From positions 2,071,696 to 2,135,695 of the forward strand of contig MU058540.1 of the NCBI GenBank assembly GCA_013265495.1: a stretch of DNA of 64,000 nt. Direction: 5' to 3'. Made by a program: the position numbers and the translations under genes. Each line of letters opens with the position of its first letter. Position 1 is the stretch's first letter. Below are positions 54,391 through 64,000 of the stretch, in pieces. Under the pieces are notes generated by a model. The model had not been told where the DNA came from and did not search any database. It saw nothing but the letters and a program-made list of their open reading frames with translations. The stretch is from Vicugna vicugna (lineage: Eukaryota).

Positions 54391-57019
54391 TGGAAGGAAA
54401 GACTAGTGACCACTCATAAACGTATAGTTTCATAGATTTCTTTCAAACAACAAAACAGTTCAACATAAGAAAATATTTTTAAAACAGCAACAAAATCCTA
54501 TACATTATTTGAAGAAAGGGGCAAAGAAAAACTTACACACAGTCAGCCCTTAAAAAAAAATCCAAAATCTAATTTTGAAGCATTTCTCTTCCTTCCTAAT
54601 AGCATAAATAGGAGTTAAAATTTGTAATAAAGAGTAAATTATCCACATACAAAACAAGTCACAGATCATAAGAGAAAAAAAATCCCTTCTCCCTTCAGAA
54701 AAATGAAGACAGGAAAAAGAAACCAAACCATGGGAAATACAAACACAATACAATCTGATACAGAAGCACTGAGGCATGGAAAAAATTCTCCTGTATAGAT
54801 ATCTGTGTATTATACAATTCAACTTCACAGTGTTTGAAAATGATAAAGAAAAATTAGTATTTCAGTAAAAATGAATCTAGTTAGAAGTCTTTTTTTTTTT
54901 TTTTCTTGAAGGAATATGTCAGCATGAGCAGAGAGGTCTGGGACATCTTTATGTAACCCATGCCACTTTTTCTTTCTTTAACCATAGGAAAGAATATAGA
55001 GCATGAATTACTACCAGCTGCGAAATTATGCTTACAGTGATTAAAATGTAGTATTTGTACATCATGCAAATTTTCAAAATGGAGGGAGAGCATCTTGCCA
55101 AAGTTAAAACAAGACATTTCACAGGAAGAACACTGATGTGACAGTGATTTGGTGATTAGGAACCGATATTATTTACACATGAGAAAAAAATTATGTGCTC
55201 TGTAAAAAGGGTAGGGAGGACTTCCTGAAAAACTAGAGTATCCAGACACTAAGCTTAGGGCTTTAGAAAAAAGATATTCCATCACAATGCATCTAGGTAG
55301 GAAAATAATACAGAAGAAAGCAATGCTTAAGTAAGTTTCTCACTGTTATGTGTGGCATATTGTAAAATGTAAGAGACTGAAGAAGATGTAAACTTAGAGA
55401 CTACTTGTAATAGTAGAAGTACTGGGGGATTGGGTATGGATAGAAGTACAATACTTTCTGACTTTCATAGTAATCTTACTGTTCTGTCAATCACTCTGTA
55501 AAAGAACCTGTGTCCCAGCACGATAGAAACAAAAAGTCCAGTTTTTTTTTTGAGAATGTTACTTACATTTACAACACTATTACATTTATAATTTATAACT
55601 GAAAATGAAAGAAAGAAACCCTTTTCTCCCTACAGCAGATTCTGGAGCCTTGGTTTTAAATATTACTTTAAGAACAGTAATTCTTGTCCAAGAAATGTAA
55701 TAATAGGCTTCTCACTGAGAACAGGGTGAATTATTATCACATTATCCCTGGTAGTAAAATTATTTCTTACGTTGATGTTTAATAGCTGTTAGTAGAAAAA
55801 TTACTGGAAATACTACTATAATTCCCACCCAGATGGCTGAGAATCACACTGATGACCGTAAAAGCAAGCCCTGGTTTAGCTCTGAAAGGGACAGGCCTGC
55901 TAATTAATTAGCTGTGGCTCTAGAGCACGTGACTTTACTTCCTCTGGACCTCAATGTCCTCATCTGTAAAATAAAATCACTGGACTAGAGGATATTTCCT
56001 TACCTTCTTCCCCCTTTCTCCCTCTCCCTGGCCCTTTCTACTTTATGACTCTGGTGATTTAGGATCCAGACTGGGATTTTTGAGGACAGAGAAGAAAATA
56101 GTAGCAGAAATCCACTAAACTTTGGAGAAAAGGAACAAGAATTATGTAAACAACTAGAATATAGGGAGAAAAAGAGAAAGTTAGCCAAAAACACGTTTGC
56201 AAAAAGAAATGGACCAAGTAAAGAGGCATAATGGTTACGGATAGAGGATCATGAGCTGAATTGTCAAAATTAGTATGTATGTATGAACAGTAGTTTCAGT
56301 CATACTGAAATCAGGAACGATAGTGAGAAATGCTAGAGATACAGACTTAGAAATGTTATTTATAACACACACTAATAACTCAAGAAATCCTCCCAAGTTA
56401 CCCCAGTTCATATGGAAAAGATGCCATACTCCCTGGCATAATCACCCACTGTTTTCCAATAGGTTATTCCCTCCAGACAATTTGGCATCATCATTTCAAA
56501 CAAACCTACAGTATTTCACCTTCACTGTCACTCAATGTTCTATCTGAAATGCATTCTCCCTTCTCTCAACTTATAACAATTTGTCATACTGTAACCATGT
56601 CTGAGGCACCATTTTAAGTGCTTGACATGTATTAACTCATTTAATTAGCTCAACAATGCTAGAAGGGAGTCTAAGTAACTTGCTTAAGATTAAACAGTAG
56701 CAGAGCCAGGATTCCAACACAGGCAGTCTGGCTCCAAATGGCCTGTCCTCTTAACTTGCTAACTGGTCCTCTAAAACTCAAGTTCTGTCATCTTCCTGTT
56801 TTCATTTGCTTAGCAATTATTCCTGACTCTTAAATCCTCAAGAAACCACTCATTTGTCACTTACCACAGGACCTAGCTTGTTATTTATCTTTTGTGCACA
56901 TTTTCCTATCTTTTCTAAGAACAGGATCTTGTCTTATTTATTTTGTAACAACACGACTTAGAACTCAACAGAACTTAAGCACAAAACTGCTTATTAATGA
57001 AACTATAATGGCATTTAAT

Positions 57020-57190
57020 ATTTATTGATGACATATACCAGGCCATGGGCTAAGTACTTTATAGTATTGTCTCATTTAATCCTCACAACTCTTAGGTAGG
57101 TATTAACACTGCCTGTGCCTTCTCAGTATTATAGACAAGGAAAATGAGGCTTAGAGAGAAGCTAAATATTTTGTCCAGTATCACAAAGTG
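57020..57190 (-). mobile_element. MIR SINE
   Basis: 'tctcatttaatcctcacaac...ggaaaatgaggcttagagag'. Confidence 0.65.
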
Positions 57191-60100
57191 GTGGTGACAG
57201 TCTTACTTAAGAGTCTAGCCAGACTCAATTTCCAGCCCACCATAAGACACCGTGAAGAAAGAATCAGGCCTAACAGCAATTCGGTTCAGCCTGCACTTAC
57301 TGTACAGCATTATGATGAACACCAAGTATTAAGAATTAGGGGCACAGTTGCTGACCTCACAAAACTCACAGTGCATTAAGACTTCAGGACCAAACTTTGA
57401 TATCACTGGCACAGTCACTGTCATCAAAACTTAAGAAAAATTTTAACTTATATTTTAAAGCAAAATATCAAAATAATCCTTGGAAACTCTCCCACACCAT
57501 TCCTTCCCCCTACAGCACCCCCAATCCCTCTATCCTAGGACTTATCTCTCTAATTTCTGTATTATGGAGTAGAAGGGTCCCATTAATCCAAACAATATTT
57601 AGAACATCTACATTTAATTTACTGATGACTCAGACTCAAGGGTCTATTTGATGAATTCCATGCCTATAATGAAATATGGGCCATGGATAGCTAGAAGATA
57701 CTAGTAGCAAGAAGAAACAGCAAAAAGGGGGCTACGAAAGTCATACTGTAAAGGGAAGATAAGAAAAAGCAAGAAAAGTAGGAGAGTAGGCACAAACAGT
57801 AGAGTCCAGAATAAATCCAGTAGAGATGTAGATAGATGAAAACACTAAAATCTAATTCATTTTCCAAATGCCGACTCCTTTATTATTTCTTTTCCTAACT
57901 TCTAAAGGAAATGGAAATAAATATATTTCAAACAGCCACTGAAAAATCACTAAGCTACTAAAAATCATTAACTAGTATATAAATTAGGAGGTCTTTTTTT
58001 TTCCTGAAAAAATCACTTGCTTTAGCTGCAAAAAGACCTTAAAACACTATCTAATCTAAGCCACTCATTTTACCATTAAAATAATGCTCATAAAGGTTAA
58101 GTAACTTTAACTTGGCCAAGATCATGTACCTACTTAGTAGCAACACTCCTGAATTTCCTCCCAATGTCTATTCCAACCATGCTAGGTTTCCTAGAAATGG
58201 TGTATTTTTCTCTTCCATTTTCCACTCTTGATAACCACTAAATTAATTTCTGCAGTAAGTATCTCAGAATCCCCATATTATTTCTCCTTCTCTTAAAAGA
58301 AAATAATCAGATATTCTGGATTCTCTAAAACAATATAGAATTTCATTCTCTTATCCCCAAAGTCAGTAATCTTAAATTGGGTGTTGATTTCTATTAAGAG
58401 GAAATTTAAACATTTCCCAGAAGAGCAGAAAGAAGACCTCCATAAACTGACCAAAAGCAAGCCAAGTTGATAGGCTATCATCCACCTGGAAAGGACTCAA
58501 GCCCAAGACCACTGGAGGCTGGATGACTGCTAAACGGAAGTAGAATACATATCACTTATTTTCTTGTTTCTATTTTATATCCTCCCAACTAACTTTAGGT
58601 TCCTAAGTTTCTGACAAATGTCAATTCCTGGAGCCTACAGAGAAGGGAAAGTACTGAGATGGAGTCATGTCTAAATCACGACACTTTCGGCAAAACAGCT
58701 TTTTGACGAGAACTATACTGGCCAGGAAATGTATGAGGAATAGAATTTTCAGGTAAAACCACAGATTTTTATTTTTAGCTATAAAAACACTAGAAAGCCT
58801 GAAAATGTGATAGATACACGATTTCCCCCACTGCAAAGCACCTGCAGATATTCCAGGTGGGAAGGTACTCATCCCAGCCATTTTTGTGGTCCAAGAAAAG
58901 TCCACTGCTTATAACCCTTGATAAACTGTGGCCCTGCCAGTCACCATTCACCAGATTGAATTGAGTGATGTGGAAATCATCTATATCACTTTGGCTTAAA
59001 TATAATGATCACCTGGGCCTTAAAAATTGCGTTTGCTTGTAAAACTGACTGAAGCCTTCTTTGGAAGGGAAGAAAATGCCCTACTTTACTTTAGGAACAC
59101 ATTTTAATTTTGATACACATGAGGTTCATTATAGACTAGGGATAAGTCCCTGCTTTAACATGTTATCCAAATTAGGGCAATTGGAGTGGAAATGAAAAGG
59201 ACAAAAAGATAAAAAGACATTATAAATTTAGAAACAAAGTAATTTAGTGACTCACTGAGCTTAAGAAGTAAGAGTAAGAAATGACCAGTAAGAATAATGG
59301 TGTCGCAAACAGCTAAAGAGGAAAACTGGGAAAAAGAAGCATTTTGGCTGGGGGTGGAGAGAGGGGGTGCTGGGATGCAGTTGCTACAGAGATGGTATTT
59401 AAATATACTTAGTTTCAAGACACAGGTGAAAATTTGGGCCTCAATTTTGGAAGGCCTTGAGTTTAGAAAGATATAGATTTGGGGCCTAAGAAAAGCACAG
59501 CAATGACTGAGTTTTTAGAGAAACAGAAAGTAACAGAAAAACATTTAGACAATAGCACTCCTCAGATACTACACTCTGAAGATAATCTAACTTTCCAGAT
59601 GAACAGTACCTTATTCTGTATAGAATATTCGGACTAATTTATTATAAATGAAAAGCTCAAAAATTAATCTTTCTTTTCCAGGCTATGAATTGACAGAAAG
59701 GAACTAAGGATAAAAATTGTTCCATAATTACCAACTGTCCAAACTTAAGTCTCTGAGCTAAAACACACTGCTTTTCAGGTTTCTCTATAACAAAACTTTC
59801 AGGAAAAAAACTGACAGAAAAGTCTGGTGCACTAACAATACCACAATTTCACAAGATTTACGAGAATTTAACAATTTTAAAAGCACATTAACCAAAATAT
59901 TGATAATTAATGTCTGGAGAATAGGTACATGGAGGTTCATTATACTATTCTTTCCAGTTCTGTGTATGTTTGAAACTTCCATAATAAAAAGTCTAAAAAA
60001 GGCTACCTACAGATATTTTAAAAAATTCATCTAGTTAAGGCTTGACAACTCAAAGCAAAATTCTAGCAGATAAAAACTTTTCAAATTATGTTTCATTCGT

Positions 60101-61169
60101 GCTCAATAGACCAATGAAATTTAGTGTGTATGAAAGACAGAAATGACCCCAAATTGTCATTTCAGAGGAACATGAGTATGTTCATTAAATGGAGAAAGTC
60201 CTTTTATCCACATTGGTTGAGTTGGACATTTGTTATTTTTCTCTTCAAAGAACTTGTGTTTGTTAAAGAAAAATATACAGACCCCATAAATGTATAGTTT
60301 CAGTTAGTAAAGGCAATATAAATGTTTATCCCGTTATTAATGATTAATTTGTTGAACCTGCTGTTTAATCCTCCTGTTTCTTCAAAACATTTTCCATTCC
60401 AGGAAATAACCAAATTTTTATGTAGATACAAAAAAAAAAACTAATAAAAAAATGAATACCCATCAATTACATCTAATCCTGAATTGTGGAGAACAGATAT
60501 TTAACATTATATAACAATAAGTCAAGAAAAAAAGTTGAATGTTTTAAACAATTAACATAGTTTAAGCTATGATTTAAATAGATTTAATTTAAATAAAATA
60601 ATTCTATTCAGACCACAGCAGCACTAAAATAGAGAATACCAAATTCACCACTTAGATTTACCACTTAACCTGTGATCAAGCTTAGTTTACATGGTTTACA
60701 AGCACCAAATTTTTCTATTATAAAACACCACCCAAAAACGACAGCCAGATTTGTTTGCCTCTTCTCTGGTAAGTTCTAGGACAGTAAAGACTGTACACGT
60801 CTGTACAAAACCTAGCACACCAAGGTGCGCAACTCTCTCAATAGGAATTATCACTACTTCAATTCCCAGGAAGCTATCACTAGGTATCAGGCTCATTCCC
60901 CAGGTAATTCACACAGGATAACAAAATAAAGCATTGTTTTCTTGCTGCCAGTTCTGCCTTGAATCATTTTCAGGATCCTGTTTCTTCTAACAGAAACAGA
61001 TTATCATGAAACTTCAGAGAGCAGCAGCATAGGAATATATGTAGGGACAAAAGACTGTCAGTGATTCTCTTTTTCTACATCATTATTAAAGTGCTGCTTA
61101 ATTTCAAATCAAGGTATTTCACCTCGTGCAGATAACAAGATCATTCTCATCTTCCACAAATTTTTATAG

Positions 61170-61680
61170 CTTTTTTCTTCATGAAAGTAAGTTACATACC
61201 ATAAAATGCACAGATCTTAAGTATTCAGCTCAGTAAATTTGAACAAATGTATACACAAAAATTGGTGAATCTCAAAATTCCTCATACTAGTCTTGCAACT
61301 CTTCTGTAAGTTAAAAATTATATGAAAATTAAATTACCTCGAAAGTGTACACTTGAGTTCTATCACCCAAATCAAGCTGTAGAACATTTCCATCATCACC
61401 TTAAAAAGTTCCCTTTTGCCCCTTTCCAGTCAACCATGGCCCTTACCCAGAAACCACTGTCCTGATTTCTATCACCATACCTAAGTTTTGTCTGTTCTTG
61501 TATTTTTTATAAATGGCATCATAGAGTAAATATTTGTGTTTGGCTTCTCTTGCTTTGAATAATATTTCTGAGCTTCATCTACATTATTGTATGAATCATT
61601 AGTTCATTCCTATTGTGAAAAAAGCTGCCATGAACATTTTTATCAGTCATTTTGTGGACATATACTTTATTCCTCTTGGT
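61170..61680 (-). mobile_element. Old L1M 3' fragment
   Basis: 'acataccataaaatgcacagatcttaag...agaacatttccatca...aaccactgtcctgatttctatcacc'. Confidence 0.7.
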
Positions 61681-63949
61681 GCAGAAAGATTTCACTTAAA
61701 AAAAAAGGTTTCATATATAAATAAGCCTGTGAAGTCACAAGGTATAACTAGATGGATTGATTTATACATGTACATATACATATAGTAAACATACAGTTAC
61801 ATAAGTATATAATGCAAATATATATAACACAGATAACTACCTGTGTGTATATATTTATGTGTGTATACATCTATATGTCTGTGTGTATCTATATGTGTGT
61901 GACTATATGTATGTGTGTGTATACAAATGGATTCGGAGAAGTCCACCTGGGACCAAAGATTTTTTAAAAAAACTTATAAAGTTCATAGTGAAAATAAATT
62001 TAAAATGGCAAAGATCTCAATTTTATTTAATAAGTATTAACGTTTTAACCTAAGAATAATTCAAAAAGAGAAACAAATTTCTCTCCATGTAAGTTATTCT
62101 GTTTCACTTCAATGAAATACCTTCTCAGAAAAAAATTCCTTTCCCAAACTAGAATTTCAAACCATTAAATGTTACTATCCATCATGTAATAATTTTTCAC
62201 GCTGGGGCAAAATCCAAAATACGTGTTAAGACTACAAGATTTTGTTTCATTGTCATCTTTTTAAAAAGTTAAACATAGAAATAATTCCATTGGCTACTAT
62301 TTAACTTGGGTAAAGACCATTCCATCCTCATTTAGAATACGATATATTCTGAAAAGGACTAGAATGTTTTCTCCATTCCAAAAAGTAGCTTACCGCCCTA
62401 TTAAGTCTGTGATAGAGACACTTTGACCTTCAAATTCCATGTGTAATATTCAGCAGACAATAGAGGAGGATCTTTAATTTCCAGGGATAGAAATATTAAG
62501 AAAAATACACACAAATCTGATTTTTGGTGAGATCAATTTGAAATTCCCAACCCTGTTTTTGATAATCAGATGATCATTTTCAGGGGACTAGGAGTGGCTC
62601 CTTATTTAACATCATCTTTAAATTACCAAGAGTGAGGCTGAATGCTACAAATGGTTCTGGAAATTTACCTCTGCCTGCTTTAGGAAGGGTTTGCAAGCAC
62701 AAAAGGGAAAAAACAACCCTCTTCTAGCCTTTGATCTGTTTTCATCCTTTGTTCCTCCTTCCAAAAAAATGAGCAAATTCAAAGCCATACAATTCAAATA
62801 TACTACATTTTTAATCTCTTTTTAAAACTGTTGAAATAGGTTTACTCGAATACATTTTTAATCTTTGAAAAACACTCTTAGCATCTGGACGTTCCCTAAC
62901 TTTCACAGATGTGTATCTGTTTACTTAAAAACCCATTATTTCACTCTGAAAATACATCATTTTCATTTTTTTCTAATAATTGTACCTTTTTCTAAAAGAA
63001 AAAAAACAACTTTCATTAACTGGTACAAAAATGACAGCAGCTCCAAAGAGCTATAATCCCCCAACTTTCATATCTTTTGTCTGATTATTTTAGAAAACTA
63101 AAATAAAATTTGATTCTTATTTTTAAAATGTTTTTCTTCCAGACCAACAGTAGAAAACAGGTATACCAAATGTTTAGACCCCATACTCCCTCTGGTGGTC
63201 CTTCACTCTCATTAACCAGATGTTTTCCAAAAGACTAGAAATACTAAAATAAGTATAAAATGAACTTGTCCTATTTAAGGATTATAGCCTTATACGCTTA
63301 AATTTCAGCTAAGTACAGTTCAATTCTGATCGTAACAATGAGGTACAAATTATTCTGAGTACTTGAATTTTAGTGTTTCAAATACTACTGAAACATCCTT
63401 AGTAACTTGTTAGCTATGTACATAAGGTCCTATTATAACTCATTTTAGCTTCATTTGGCAGAACTGTCTTTTATACAATAAACATCTTACTTGCAAAAAA
63501 AAATTCACACGTAAGTGGCTACTGTTTTTAAATCAATAGTTATGTGATTTACATACCAACATCCACTAGTCTCTGATGAGTGTAGATTAATTTTCCTTAC
63601 ACTTTTGTGGGTATAATGTCAGAAGTTAACAATGCACTGTAAAAAAATTCAGAATGTAAAATAATAAAAAAAAATCTAATTACTAATCAACTAGGTTAGA
63701 AAGTTCAAATAGTTTAAGAATTATAAAATGCACGTATTTAACTGTTCAGCATCAAATAATTACAGAATTTAGTGTGCCAAAATACGTACAATATAGATTC
63801 TTTATTAGGAATTATGAATAATTATATTGAAGGCCTACAGAAGATATTATTAATGACAGACACAACATTCATTTTACTGTTAAATAAAGCAGTATTGTCT
63901 AACAGTATCATGTGATTTATCCTCAATTTAGCTGGTTTAATATGTCCCT

Positions 63950-64000
63950 ATTTTTTTTTAACATTTTTTATTGATTTATAATCATTTTACAATGTTGTGT
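63950..64000 (-). mobile_element. Start (tail end) of an antisense L1, cut by the window edge
   Basis: 'tttttaacattttttattgatttataatcattttacaatgttgtgt' is the reverse complement of the L1 terminus at ~3635-3680. Confidence 0.8.

Noticed and set aside
55718..55732. AGAACAgggTGAATT as a GRE (also AGAACAgggTCATGC at ~27063)
   Set aside because: The second half-site lacks key bases; half-sites are expected by chance in 64 kb.
26044..64000. FKBP5 promoter or exon 1
   Set aside because: No CpG island or GC-rich segment is visible; the first exon must lie beyond the window.

Overview
Mammalian genomic DNA, very probably camelid (two tRNA-Ala-like SINEs resembling the camelid vic-1 family, Laurasiatherian-type L1 3' ends; no Alu, B1 or Bov-A/tA noticed). 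The whole window lies inside FKBP5 (FKBP51) on the minus strand. Four coding exons are resolved at base level: 26017-25913, 20857-20713, 9491-9349 and 8410-8296. They encode residues 1-169, i.e. the FK1 PPIase domain and the start of FK2. Upstream is >37 kb of the intron before the start-codon exon; downstream is part of intron 5. The rest is mostly interspersed repeat (L1 of several ages, MIR, L2, Charlie1-like and MER5-like hAT elements, two solo LTRs). Most notable: (1) a tailless 5'-half tRNA-Gly(TCC) retrocopy with a perfect 17-bp TSD and a possible pre-tRNA leader; (2) a GC-AG intron with a competing GT donor 4 nt downstream that would give an immediate stop; (3) a twin-primed 5'-inverted L1 carrying a nested, apparently chimeric insert; (4) the apparent orthologue of the human rs1360780 site, lacking the TATA motif; (5) TSD-flanked poly(A)-only insertions. 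I found no convincing evidence of a wholly new multi-gene system. Repeat subfamily names are from recognition, not from a database search.
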